From IMG/VR virus record IMGVR_UViG_3300006131_000009: a DNA stretch of 64,000 nucleotides. One strand, 5' to 3'. This DNA comes from an uncultured virus (IMG/VR IMGVR_UViG_3300006131_000009) (Duplodnaviria; Heunggongvirae; Uroviricota; Caudoviricetes). The position numbers and the translations under genes were made by a program. The notes beneath the pieces were generated by a model. The model saw only the letters and a list, made by a program, of their open reading frames with translations. It was not told the DNA's origin and did no database searches. Each line of letters opens with the position of its first letter. Position 1 is the first letter of the stretch. This document shows, piece after piece, positions 9,307 to 18,310 of this stretch.

Positions 9307-9963
9307 ATGGAAATGTTTGTTCCTCTAAATGACATCACACTAGATACTTTGGTTAGTATTGCGGGTGTTTTGGGATTCGTTCTTTCCGTTATTCTCGCGG
9401 CTTATCAGATTATCACGAATTGGATGCGAGTTTCGACTGACGGCATAGTGTTAGTGGATGATTGCAAAGAATCGCCAAAATCGGTATTCTTGCTTTTCGC
9501 ATTGGTTAATAAAACTAGACTCCCTTTCACTTTGACAAATTTACATATCCGGGACAGAGTTTTAAGAAAAGATGTAAAAATCGAAACCAGTATACAAACT
9601 TTTCGGCGTCTTTCTACTGAAGATAAATTAGAGGTAAAACCCGTTGTACTTTCGCAAGTGTTTCCGGTGAGATTTGATGCGTATGACGCGAAACTGTTTT
9701 TATTTGAAGTATCCCGTCAGAATATAGACACGACACTGTTTCATCTGGATGCATCAGCTCATAATCAAACGGGACACTTTGGCAAATTTTACTTTCTTTA
9801 TAGGCTATGTACTCATCGACCTCGGTTTCGGTTAGTGATGCACACCTCAAGAGGGCGTCGCGTAGTTGAGATGAATTTGAGATCGGTTGAGAAGTGGGAG
9901 TACTTGCAGAGCTATGCCATCCAGCGAGCAGCCGGCGAAGGAAAAATAATATTCTCCTCATAG
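9307..9963 (+). CDS. membrane-anchored moron protein
   Basis: N-terminal TM helix; opposite strand to operon; similar layout to 11818-12291. Confidence 0.65.
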   Translation: MEMFVPLNDITLDTLVSIAGVLGFVLSVILAAYQIITNWMRVSTDGIVLVDDCKESPKSVFLLFALVNKTRLPFTLTNLHIRDRVLRKDVKIETSIQTFRRLSTEDKLEVKPVVLSQVFPVRFDAYDAKLFLFEVSRQNIDTTLFHLDASAHNQTGHFGKFYFLYRLCTHRPRFRLVMHTSRGRRVVEMNLRSVEKWEYLQSYAIQRAAGEGKIIFSS

Positions 9964-10734
9964 GAATGCAACCTGGCAAGGTTCAAGAAAGTAATTCAGG
10001 AAATACACCTGCCCTTTTCCGGTCACACGGGCAGTACGAGCGATGTGAATGTTGCCTTCAGCATCAGAAACCGTGCTTTCTTGGATTTGGAATAGGCCCA
10101 TGTCCATCGCCCATTGTGTCGGCATATTTTGACGTGCGCCGTTTTTCATCAGGTATCCCTTGCTGCGCATCCATGCAAAGAGACGGTTTTGACCGATATC
10201 GTAGCCATTCTGTTTTATGAGCTTGGCCAGATCACCGACAGGAATTGATGTGCTGGACGCTGAAACGGAATCTGCGAATAGTACTTTGGACTTGTTTTTC
10301 TCGGCCTCTTTTTCAAGACGAATACGGGCTTGGCGTTCTTCCTTGAGTTGCGTTGCGAGCTTAATAATGGTGTCCGGACTCGTTAGGACTTCCTCGATAG
10401 TCTCCGGTGTCATATAGGCCCCATGTTTACGAATAGAGGGCAAAACTTCGCTTGTGACCCATTTACGGAAAGGTTTCGCCTCTGGCTTATCCGACCTTAA
10501 AATGACGTTGTACAAACCAGACTCATTAATGATTGTCGTTTCCTGCTGTCTGCCAATCGAATCGGTGACGTAAGTCTGGCTTACCTCATCTTGATCTAGT
10601 CTGTCCGCCACTATGCGATTATTCGATAGGCCCAAAATTGCACATACATCTTTGAGTACAAACCATGGCTCCCCATCCTTTTCTACGGTCCTTACTTGTT
10701 TGTCGTTATAGTTGTAGATTTGCAATTCGTTCAT
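9958..10734 (-). CDS. phage antirepressor (BRO-N + ANT/KilAC)
   Basis: EPWFVLKDVC, INESGLY, WVTSEVLPSIRKHG, VTGKGQVYF. Confidence 0.95.
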   Translation of the reverse strand: MNELQIYNYNDKQVRTVEKDGEPWFVLKDVCAILGLSNNRIVADRLDQDEVSQTYVTDSIGRQQETTIINESGLYNVILRSDKPEAKPFRKWVTSEVLPSIRKHGAYMTPETIEEVLTSPDTIIKLATQLKEERQARIRLEKEAEKNKSKVLFADSVSASSTSIPVGDLAKLIKQNGYDIGQNRLFAWMRSKGYLMKNGARQNMPTQWAMDMGLFQIQESTVSDAEGNIHIARTARVTGKGQVYFLNYFLEPCQVAFL

Positions 10735-10872
10735 TCTTGCTTTCTCCTCCGTTTGTATTATTGCAGCAGAAGTTTACCGTGATTAAACTATAATCCATAT
10801 TTTTATTGATTTCAATATATTTTCCATAAATTTATTGATTTTTATGTTTTGCACAAAACAGAGGTGAATAAT

Positions 10873-11100
10873 ATGTATGAACCGACTAAAGTTGCCGAAA
10901 AAATAAAATGTGTCGCTAAATCGAGAGGCATTCAATTAAAAGATTTATTTTCTGATCTTTCTCTAAACAAGAATACCCTTTCAAATATGTATAATGGCTC
11001 AATGCTCAAGGGAGATAGCCTTGCCCGCATCGCTGATACACTAGACTGTTCCGTGGATTTTTTACTAGGAAGGACAGATAACCCAGAAGTAAATAGGTAG
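10873..11100 (+). CDS. XRE HTH regulator (CSVDxLLGRTDNPEVN-tail family)
   Basis: GAGGTG RBS, HTH, conserved C-terminal tail. Confidence 0.85.
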   Translation: MYEPTKVAEKIKCVAKSRGIQLKDLFSDLSLNKNTLSNMYNGSMLKGDSLARIADTLDCSVDFLLGRTDNPEVNR

Positions 11101-11452
11101 CAATGTCTTTATCCGGTGTCATGAAGGCCCCATGTTTACGAATAGAGGGCAAAACTTCGCTTGTGACCCATCTCTTAAACGCTTTAGCTGTTGGCAGCTT
11201 GCTGGAGAGTATGAGGCTGTATAGGCCGCTTTCGTTGATACAAGTGGTTTTGCTTTTATAGTTTGAACCAGCTTGCTCTAAAAGCAATGTGGTTTTGTCC
11301 TCATCATCCACATTTTTACTTACTGCACTACTAGGGTCTGCGTAGCCCAATATCTCCGCCACATCTTTGCCTACGAAATAAGGCTCATCACCTATAAGCA
11401 CTGTGCGGATTTCCCCGAAATCGGAGTTTTTGAAAACCTGTAAATCACTCAT
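11101..11452 (-). pseudogene. truncated BRO-N antirepressor
   Basis: BRO-N similarity ends at GAFMTPD (~11112); the ORF then reads through antisense to the HTH gene. Confidence 0.75.
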
Positions 11453-11593
11453 TTCTTGCTTTCCTCCATGCTGAAATCATTTTTTACTGTGGTTGACTGC
11501 AAGTAAATGATACAACGATGTTTCGTCGTTTTCAAGTAAAATCAACTGTTTTTCGTTGATTTGTATGTTTGCACAAAAAGGAGCCAACCGTTT

Positions 11594-11821
11594 ATGTATA
11601 ATGCACAAGAAACGAAAAATCGTATAAAAGAGCTTTGCAAATCTCAAAAGATAACTATGGATACTTTACTTGCTAGGTGCGCTTTAGGTGTAAACGCTAT
11701 CCGGCAAATCAATGACAACAAAGGTATGGCTTCCTTTAGCCTCGCCCGCATCGCCGATGAGCTAGACTGTTCTGTTGACTATCTTTTAGGACGAACGGAT
11801 AACCCGGAGGTAAATAAATGA
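11594..11821 (+). CDS. XRE HTH regulator (CSVDYLLGRTDNPEVNK family)
   Basis: HTH; same tail as 10873 and 18673. Confidence 0.85.
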   Translation: MYNAQETKNRIKELCKSQKITMDTLLARCALGVNAIRQINDNKGMASFSLARIADELDCSVDYLLGRTDNPEVNK

Positions 11822-12291
11822 GTGTTTATGATTGGATTACTCTCGGAATAGCTGTGGCCGGTTTTCTGATGGCCGCTCTTACATGGATTCGCGATTTCTG
11901 GATACGCAGGAACTCGATAAAGCTAACTGTGCTTGACTATGCGCGACGCGGCGAAGATGTAATGCAATTCTTTCTATTATTCCAAAACATATCAACACTC
12001 CCAGCCTCTATATCCCAGTTGCTAGTTTCATGTGGAGGTAGTTGGTATCCTTGTGAGCTGGAACCCAAGATGATAAAACGTTTACCATCAGGTTATGAAG
12101 CTAAAACTCCCTGTTTTCCGCTAAACTTACCACCATCAGCATTTGTTGCTACATATCTTGAATTTCTAAAGACGAAAGATATTCAATTAGCTCCTGGTAT
12201 AACTGTGTCTTTTCAAATTCACACCAATCGCGGTATTTTAACGAAATCGTTAACTCTTGAAGATATGGGGCATTATTTGCATAATAGGTAG
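11818..12291 (+). CDS. membrane-anchored cargo protein
   Basis: N-terminal TM helix; ATGA overlap with the HTH stop. Confidence 0.7.
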   Translation: MSVYDWITLGIAVAGFLMAALTWIRDFWIRRNSIKLTVLDYARRGEDVMQFFLLFQNISTLPASISQLLVSCGGSWYPCELEPKMIKRLPSGYEAKTPCFPLNLPPSAFVATYLEFLKTKDIQLAPGITVSFQIHTNRGILTKSLTLEDMGHYLHNR

Positions 12292-12349
12292 TTACCTCAT
12301 ACACTTGTAATCTCTCTTTCTGTGAGTGTATTTCTTATGTCGCTGTTTT

Positions 12350-12484
12350 TCAGCATAATCGCAATAGCAGCAGAATTGCATTGGCTAGAACTCCCGCAAG
12401 CATTATTCCGATGGTGAGATTCCATGCCCTGTCTGTGATGTATCCATCTTTTGTGTAAAAAAAGTTGTGAATGCGTCTAAACAT
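12350..12484 (-). CDS. 44-aa hydrophobic peptide MFRRIHNFFYTKDGYITDRAWNLTIGIMLAGVLANAILLLLRLC
   Basis: Translated by hand; AGCGACAGAAAGGA leader. Confidence 0.55.
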   Translation of the reverse strand: MFRRIHNFFYTKDGYITDRAWNLTIGIMLAGVLANAILLLLRLC

Positions 12485-12527
12485 AATTTTTTCCTTTCTG
12501 TCGCTGCATTTATTAAATCTTTCTTCT

Positions 12528-12635
12528 TTACTTGAGGTAGCTCGCGATCATCGCTGCTGTTGCTAGTCCCAAAATCGCCCACTGTACAGCTTCATAGGCT
12601 TTAGGATGTTTCTCCTTAAAATTAAACCAAAACAT
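12528..12635 (-). CDS. 35-aa hydrophobic peptide MFWFNFKEKHPKAYEAVQWAILGLATAAMIASYLK
   Basis: Translated by hand; AGCGACAGAAAGGAG leader. Confidence 0.55.
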   Translation of the reverse strand: MFWFNFKEKHPKAYEAVQWAILGLATAAMIASYLK

Positions 12636-12865
12636 TATGTTTCTCCTTTCTGTCGCTACAGAGCAACTCTCTTTTATGCCGTCACATTGTGGCGGCTTTT
12701 TTGTTTTAGATTTGAAAGACCGCTTTAACGGACACCTTATATGCTATCTTTGAGTTAAGCAAATGTCACGCTTTAGAAGCCCGTTTTAGGGGGTCCAGGT
12801 CATTTTGTATTACCCCCTCGATTTCTGTGCCTGCAAAGCATTGAAATACAAGGGCTTTTAATTTT

Positions 12866-13243
12866 CTAAACCGTGACATATTTCCCCCTTTGTTTGCGCT
12901 TTCTTTCTGTTGCTTTATCTTTTTCCACTTTAGAAGAACATTGCCGACAGTATTTCGCCCTGTTGCTAATTGCCTGAAAAGGCTTCCCGCACATTTGACA
13001 AGTCTTAAGGTTTTCATCACCAATGATTTGCGCTTTGAGTGTCTGGCCCTCCCTATCCTCCAGAAGCACGTCCCGGAAATACTTGCACATTAGGGAATTA
13101 CTAGCACATTGTGGACAGGGAGTATGATCCCATCCACTTAAAACGAGGCAGTTGCCGCTATCATAATTGCAGCACAGTTTCTTAATCAGGGCCACCGCCT
13201 GCTGCTTTTGTTTATCTGACATTCTTTGTAGCTCCTTTGGCAT
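12866..13243 (-). CDS. cysteine-rich VLP-domain-like protein
   Basis: CCNYDSGNCLVL...CPQ...CKYFRDVLL plus C-terminal Zn ribbon. Confidence 0.8.
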   Translation of the reverse strand: MPKELQRMSDKQKQQAVALIKKLCCNYDSGNCLVLSGWDHTPCPQCASNSLMCKYFRDVLLEDREGQTLKAQIIGDENLKTCQMCGKPFQAISNRAKYCRQCSSKVEKDKATERKRKQRGKYVTV

Positions 13244-13256
13244 TCATCTTCTCCTT

Positions 13257-13460
13257 TTAGCTCTCTGCCATAATTCTTTCTGGATCAATATTCAATGCGC
13301 CCGCCAGTGCCTTAATAGTGTTGAGCTTTACAGATCCGCCATTGTTCAATCTTGATAACGTGTTGATTGAAATGCCACTTAACGCCGCCAGCTCTTTGAA
13401 AGACCCCACATTAGCAGCTAACATCGCCGTACCTAGACTTTTCCCGCTGATTTTGTACAT
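13257..13460 (-). CDS. Cro-like HTH protein
   Basis: GGAGG RBS before MYKISG; HTH; divergent from the repressor. Confidence 0.8.
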   Translation of the reverse strand: MYKISGKSLGTAMLAANVGSFKELAALSGISINTLSRLNNGGSVKLNTIKALAGALNIDPERIMAES

Positions 13461-13496
13461 TTTCCTTGCACCTCCCTTGCATTTGTGGTAAAGTGT

Positions 13497-13575
13497 GAGT
13501 ATCGACTTGTCAATAGTATAATCGATAAATCGTTTATTGTCAATCGACTTATCGATATTTGTATACTTGCACAAA
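13497..13575. promoter_or_regulatory. divergent CI/Cro switch with ATCGAT/ATCGAC operator-like repeats
   Basis: Repeated ATCGAY units, TTGACA on the minus strand, TATAAT. Confidence 0.6.
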
Positions 13576-13590
13576 TTGGAGGTGTCTATT

Positions 13591-13953
13591 TTGGGCTTTT
13601 ATGCTATCTTTGAACAACTCTGTAAGGAAAACAATCGCTCTCTTTCGCAAGTTAGAGCAGATTTGAAAATCAGCCAGTCTACGATGGCTTCTTGGAAATC
13701 AAGAGGTCTTACGCCAAAATACCCAACTCTGCAAAAGCTCGCAGAGTATTTCAACGTATCAGTGGAATATCTGTTAAATGGTGAGGAAAAAGCGCCCACC
13801 GACAACGATGAGCGCAAAGATGATTTTGGTTTTAATGACTTCACTTATGCTATGCATAATGAGACAAAAGACCTCCCGCAGGAAAAGAAAGATATGTTGC
13901 TTGAAATGGCAAGATTTCTGAAGCGGGATATGGAAAAGGACAAAAATAAGTAA
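13591..13953 (+). CDS. CI/ImmR-like repressor
   Basis: GGAGG + TTG start; XRE HTH; upstream of ImmA and integrase. Confidence 0.85.
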   Translation: MGFYAIFEQLCKENNRSLSQVRADLKISQSTMASWKSRGLTPKYPTLQKLAEYFNVSVEYLLNGEEKAPTDNDERKDDFGFNDFTYAMHNETKDLPQEKKDMLLEMARFLKRDMEKDKNK

Positions 13954-13993
13954 TTCTCTGAAGCCCCGCATATAAGCGAATATAAATTTGTGG

Positions 13994-14022
13994 TTGACAA
14001 TTCTGGGCCCAGGGCATATTAT
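13994..14022 (+). promoter_or_regulatory. sigma-A promoter for the NYN gene and leader
   Basis: TTGACA-17bp-TATTAT. Confidence 0.75.
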
Positions 14023-14027
14023 AAGAG

Positions 14028-14106
14028 TACAACATAGCGTTGTATAGCTAAAGTGACCCTTGGGCGAGGGCTCCCACCTTTCGGGATGTCCCAAACTCAA
14101 GGGTTT
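14028..14106 (+). ncRNA. putative structured leader RNA upstream of NYN
   Basis: TACAAC/GTTGTA hairpin, then long stem GACCCTTGGG/CTCAAGGGTT enclosing GGG/CCC and TCCC/GGGA helices. Confidence 0.5.
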
Positions 14107-14126
14107 TATTATTTGGAGGCATTTAT

Positions 14127-14804
14127 ATGAATCAAATGTCTGTGCGAAAGACTGCAATCCTAATAGATGGTGGATATTATCGAAAGCGCGCAATCGAGTT
14201 GTGGGGAAAAGAAAAAAGTGCTGCTGAACGGGCAGAAGAATTATTCTCCTATTGTTTGCTGCATTTATCAATTCCAAAAGAACCGAGAGACTTATATCGT
14301 ATTTTCTACTATGACTGTCCTCCAATGACAAGAGATATTCTACATCCGCTTACAAATGAAACAATTTCATTTGCTGAAATGGCTGGAACAAAATGGACAA
14401 ATAGTTTTTATGAAGAGTTGGCCAAAAAAAGAAAACTGGCTATACGACGTGGAGAGCTTGCTGAAACGCAAGCACATTACACGCTTAAACAAGATAAACT
14501 GCAGAAGATTCTATCTGGTGAACTTGCCATCGATAAACTTACAACACAAGATTTCAAATTAGAAGTCAAACAAAAGGGTGTTGATATGCGAATTGGGTTG
14601 GACACTGCTTCTCTGGCGTATGAAAAGCTCGTTGATCAAATCATTCTAATTGCAGGCGATAGCGATTTTATTCCAGTAGCAAAAATGGCACGTCGCAGCG
14701 GGATTGATTTTATCCTTGACCCAATGCGGCAGTACATTAAGCCTAAACTCTCGGAACACATAGATGGAATTGAAACATTCACTGATTATATGTACAGAGA
14801 TTAA
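14127..14804 (+). CDS. NYN (PIN-like) domain ribonuclease
   Basis: AILIDGGY, RIFYYDC, KQKGVDMRIGLD and LIAGDSDF motifs. Confidence 0.92.
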   Translation: MNQMSVRKTAILIDGGYYRKRAIELWGKEKSAAERAEELFSYCLLHLSIPKEPRDLYRIFYYDCPPMTRDILHPLTNETISFAEMAGTKWTNSFYEELAKKRKLAIRRGELAETQAHYTLKQDKLQKILSGELAIDKLTTQDFKLEVKQKGVDMRIGLDTASLAYEKLVDQIILIAGDSDFIPVAKMARRSGIDFILDPMRQYIKPKLSEHIDGIETFTDYMYRD

Positions 14805-14840
14805 AAAGCATCGTTTGCAGCAACAGGGAGAGATAGTATT

Positions 14841-15287
14841 ATGGTGAAAACCGGGGTAAATATATTATCACTATACAACAAACTAAATGATATGGGTGTT
14901 CGGTTTTATCACTGGTCCATTGGCGAGGAACAGGCCGCAACCATCGAAGTTGGTGAGTCATATGGAGTCTTTATGGATTTTGGAAGCATTCATTCTGCCG
15001 CAGAAGAACTCGTCCTAGTAGCCCATGAAGGCGGCCATATCTGTACTGGCGCAACACATACAGTTTATAGCCCTTATGACTTAATCGAGCGACACGAAAA
15101 CCGCGCTGATCGCTGGGCAATACAATACCTGATTCCAAAGGATATGCTAGAGGCTGCAGTTGCTTCTGGGTTCACTCAACTTTGGGAGCTGGCCGAGTAT
15201 TTTGGCGTCACGGAAGACTTTATAAGAAAAGCAGTCTGCTACTACGAGAACGGCAACCTAGCCGCAGATCTGTACCTTGCGAGGTAA
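14841..15287 (+). CDS. ImmA/IrrE family metallopeptidase
   Basis: AHEGGH zinc motif, ENRADRWA, WELAEYFGVT. Confidence 0.9.
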   Translation: MVKTGVNILSLYNKLNDMGVRFYHWSIGEEQAATIEVGESYGVFMDFGSIHSAAEELVLVAHEGGHICTGATHTVYSPYDLIERHENRADRWAIQYLIPKDMLEAAVASGFTQLWELAEYFGVTEDFIRKAVCYYENGNLAADLYLAR

Positions 15288-15291
15288 ACCG

Positions 15292-16767
15292 ATGAAACTT
15301 TACGCCCGCTATTTGCGAAAATCCCGCGCTGAAGAAGGACAAGACCTGCAGGAGGTATTGTCAAAGCACAAAAAGGCGCTGGATGATTTAGCTGAAAAAC
15401 AGAATATTGTCGTGTCTGATACATACGAGGAAATTGTCTCCGGTGAGAGCATCGCATTGCGGCCTCAAATGCTGCTGCTGCTTGATGCTGTGGAGCAAGG
15501 CAAATATGCCGGAGTTTTGTGCATGGACATTGACCGATTAGGCCGTGGTGGTATGCGTGACCAGGGCCTAATTTTAGATACTTTCCGTGCCAGCAATACT
15601 TTAATTATTACACCTGACAAAACGTATGACCTAAATGATGACTCCGACGAACAAATGACAGAGTTTAAGGCTTTCTTTGCCCGGCAGGAATATAAGATGA
15701 TTCGCAAGAGGATGCGCAGAGGCGTCGTTGCCACCTTGGAATCCGGCGGATATATCTCTAATCCCCCCTTCGGGTACCGCCAGTGCAGAGTCGGAAGACG
15801 GCCATCACTGGAAATTGTGGAGGAGGAAGCAAAATTTGTCCGCATGATTTTTGACGATTATGCTGCCGGCAGCGGCATGACTGCCATAGCCGACAAGCTA
15901 AATCGCTTGGGTGCCAAAACGCGACGCGGCGCTCCATGGTCAAGGTATACCGTTCGATACATCTTGACAAATCCAGTTTACCTTGGTAAAATTTATCATA
16001 ACAGGCGGAATTGTCGGGATAACGGTACATCCGACAGTTATCTGCGGGACCCCGCTCAATGGATTGTTGCCGATGGATTGCATCCGCCTATCATCACCAA
16101 AGCCCAGTGGGACGCTGTACAGCAGTGGCGCAAGAACCACTATCAGCCTACTCAATATGACGGCAAAGCTCATCATCCCCTGACCGGACTCTTGGTATGT
16201 GCCAAATGCGGCCGACGAATGCAGTTGGTCAGTGATAAGAATGATCCGTATCTCTACTGCTCTCGCTCCGGTTGTATGCCGGGGACAAAAGAGACCTTTG
16301 TAGAAACTGCTCTCTTGGAAGCCCTAGATGGCATTTTAACGGGCCTTAAGCAGGAGTCGTCTACTGACATTAAAAACCGAATTACGGCTGCACAAGAAGA
16401 CCTGAAGCGGGCCGAAGCGGCTATTGTCAAATGTAATGCCAAGCGTGACCGTCTTTACGGCTTTTTAGAAGACGGTACTTACGATAAAGCCACATTTACT
16501 GCCCGCATGAGCGTTATTGAAGGAGAGCTGTACAAGCTCCAAGCAGAGCGGCGCAGTGCTGAAGAACACCTAGAGTCCCTGTCTGAAGTCAATCGTGAAA
16601 TTCAAATAGAGAAACTGGAAAGCGCCTTGAGTCTATACGGTCAAGCCTCTCATGAAGACCGAAACCGCTTGCTCAAGTCCATTATATCCTATGTTGAATA
16701 TCGCAAGGAGAAAGGTACCGCTCCCCGCGATTTTCATATAAGCATCCACTTAAGGTCATTTATGTAA
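15292..16767 (+). CDS. large serine recombinase (integrase)
   Basis: YLRKS catalytic Ser, DIDRLGR, recombinase domain, CAKCG Zn ribbon, coiled coil. Confidence 0.95.
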   Translation: MKLYARYLRKSRAEEGQDLQEVLSKHKKALDDLAEKQNIVVSDTYEEIVSGESIALRPQMLLLLDAVEQGKYAGVLCMDIDRLGRGGMRDQGLILDTFRASNTLIITPDKTYDLNDDSDEQMTEFKAFFARQEYKMIRKRMRRGVVATLESGGYISNPPFGYRQCRVGRRPSLEIVEEEAKFVRMIFDDYAAGSGMTAIADKLNRLGAKTRRGAPWSRYTVRYILTNPVYLGKIYHNRRNCRDNGTSDSYLRDPAQWIVADGLHPPIITKAQWDAVQQWRKNHYQPTQYDGKAHHPLTGLLVCAKCGRRMQLVSDKNDPYLYCSRSGCMPGTKETFVETALLEALDGILTGLKQESSTDIKNRITAAQEDLKRAEAAIVKCNAKRDRLYGFLEDGTYDKATFTARMSVIEGELYKLQAERRSAEEHLESLSEVNREIQIEKLESALSLYGQASHEDRNRLLKSIISYVEYRKEKGTAPRDFHISIHLRSFM

Positions 16768-16798
16768 CTTCAATACTCGGTGCGTATATTGAGTTACA
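16763..16798. other. putative attP of the serine integrase
   Basis: Imperfect inverted repeat TGTAACTTCAATA/TATTGAGTTACA overlapping the integrase stop. Confidence 0.5.
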
Positions 16799-16826
16799 CT
16801 GCACAGTATTTAATGGAGGTGTTCTT

Positions 16827-17186
16827 ATGTACATCGCAAATGAATTGAAAGAAAACTTAAGGCAGAATGTTAAGGCTATCCGCAAGTACCACAAGAAATC
16901 TTTAGAAGAGTTTTCCGAAGAAATAGGCATCGCCCGCTCTACTCTGCAGGATGTTGAATCCGGTCACAGCAATCCGCGCCTGGACACGCTGGAGGTTATA
17001 GCAAGGAATTTGGACATTCCCTTGCAGCAACTCCTAGCCCCTGCAGCTGCCATGAAACGCCAGAGAATAGAATACGGCTTACTTGAACAGTTGGATCTAT
17101 TCCTGCAGTTTACGACAGAACAACGCAAAGAGTTTGCCGGTCTTTTTTTCAAGATGATAGATATGTTAGAAAGTTTAGATCGATAA
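16827..17186 (+). CDS. XRE HTH regulator
   Basis: SLEEFSEEIGIARSTLQDVESG. Confidence 0.85.
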   Translation: MYIANELKENLRQNVKAIRKYHKKSLEEFSEEIGIARSTLQDVESGHSNPRLDTLEVIARNLDIPLQQLLAPAAAMKRQRIEYGLLEQLDLFLQFTTEQRKEFAGLFFKMIDMLESLDR

Positions 17187-17218
17187 AAGAAAGAGCCAGG
17201 GGGAATCCCTGGCTTTTT
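17185..17218. terminator. bidirectional intrinsic terminator
   Basis: AGCCAGGG/CCCTGGCT stem with flanking A and T tracts. Confidence 0.8.
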
Positions 17219-17370
17219 CAGAATCTTGTCCAGTTGTCAGAATTTCCATGCTTGTACCCTAGCTCGGCCTCGACCATTTTTCTACTGGACTTGGCACGCA
17301 GTATGCGATGCTTCCCCATCCGGCAGGTCCTCCTGTCTGGTATTCAGTTGTAAGGCTTGCTATAGAGCTG

Positions 17371-17460
17371 CTATTCGCCTTTCTGGCGCTGTTTCAGCAG
17401 CAGGATAATAACGGTTAGGTTTAGTATAACACAAGCTACATCCAAAATAGTGTTTAGCAT
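17371..17460 (-). CDS. 29-aa hydrophobic peptide MLNTILDVACVILNLTVIILLLKQRQKGE
   Basis: Translated by hand; AAGGGG RBS; TM segment plus basic tail. Confidence 0.55.
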   Translation of the reverse strand: MLNTILDVACVILNLTVIILLLKQRQKGE

Positions 17461-17475
17461 ATCTATTCCCCCTTT

Positions 17476-17664
17476 TTAATCTTGAATTTCTAAATGCTGC
17501 ACACCAAATGGGACTAAAAGGTCCAGAAGGTCTGCACAGCTCATGCCAGAGGCAACACAGAGATTTCTAATGATTTTGTGTGTTTCCGCATTTACGTGGA
17601 CGATTCTGCGGACACCTGTTTCGGGCTTGCGATGAATGACGATTTTCTCATTTTTACTAGCCAT
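17476..17664 (-). CDS. small RHH-like DNA-binding protein
   Basis: MASKNEKIVIHRK...VHVNAETHKIIRNL. Confidence 0.6.
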   Translation of the reverse strand: MASKNEKIVIHRKPETGVRRIVHVNAETHKIIRNLCVASGMSCADLLDLLVPFGVQHLEIQD

Positions 17665-17672
17665 ATTTGTTC

Positions 17673-17701
17673 TTGACAATGGCACGGCATTTTAGTATCC
17701 T
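17673..17701 (+). promoter_or_regulatory. promoter antisense to peptide 17730-17849
   Basis: TTGACA-17bp-TATCCT. Confidence 0.7.
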
Positions 17702-17729
17702 TTTAGTAGGAGGGTTTCCCCTCCTACCC

Positions 17730-17849
17730 TTACCCTGAAAGATTCTTAATCAAATCGATTAAGGACTTTATCAGGTTTAGGATTGCGGTAAGAAAGACGA
17801 TGCTTGTCAGGCTGGAGTCTTTCTTGCCGTTTCTTTTTGCCTTCGCCAT
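17730..17849 (-). CDS. 39-aa type I toxin-like peptide MAKAKRNGKKDSSLTSIVFLTAILNLIKSLIDLIKNLSG
   Basis: AGGAGG RBS; basic N-terminus plus amphipathic helix; downstream GTAGGAGG/CCTCCTAC hairpin. Confidence 0.7.
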   Translation of the reverse strand: MAKAKRNGKKDSSLTSIVFLTAILNLIKSLIDLIKNLSG

Positions 17850-18011
17850 TGTGCTATCCTCCTTTTTGTGTTATTGTTAAGGGGAATCCTTAACTGTGGT
17901 TTAATTATACACAGATTTTTGTTCATTGTCTATTGATGTTATATACAAAAAACAGTAAAATATCTTGTGTAAATTATACATTGTTTTCTGTGTATTCATT
18001 GGGTATATTTA

Positions 18012-18233
18012 ATGGAGCGTGATTTAATGCCAATTACTTATAAAATTGATATTTTGGCTGCATTAAAAGAGCGTGGATTCAACACCTATAAATTGCGCAA
18101 AGAGGGACTATTGGCTGAAGGTGTTATACAGTCTTTAAGGGAGGGAAAAGCAATTTCCTTCCAAAACCTTTCTCGTATTTGTGAAATGTTAGACTGTCAG
18201 CCTGGTGACATTTTAGAGAACACGCCCAGTTAG
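18012..18233 (+). CDS. Cro/C1-type HTH (YozG-like)
   Basis: ICEMLDCQPGDILE. Confidence 0.85.
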   Translation: MERDLMPITYKIDILAALKERGFNTYKLRKEGLLAEGVIQSLREGKAISFQNLSRICEMLDCQPGDILENTPS

Positions 18234-18250
18234 CCGGAAACGGAGTAAAG

Positions 18251-18310
18251 ATGGAGCAGGTTTATGTGTTTGACTTTGGTGACAGGATTAAAGTAGGGTA
18301 TTCTACAAAT
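18251..18310 (+). pseudogene. 5' fragment of a GIY-YIG/T5orf172-like gene
   Basis: GGAG RBS; MEQVYVFDFGDRIKVGYSTN, then an abrupt join to the neighbouring module. Confidence 0.4.

Noticed and set aside
9614..9979. 121-aa minus-strand ORF
   Set aside because: Shadow of the plus-strand membrane gene; no RBS or recognisable motif.
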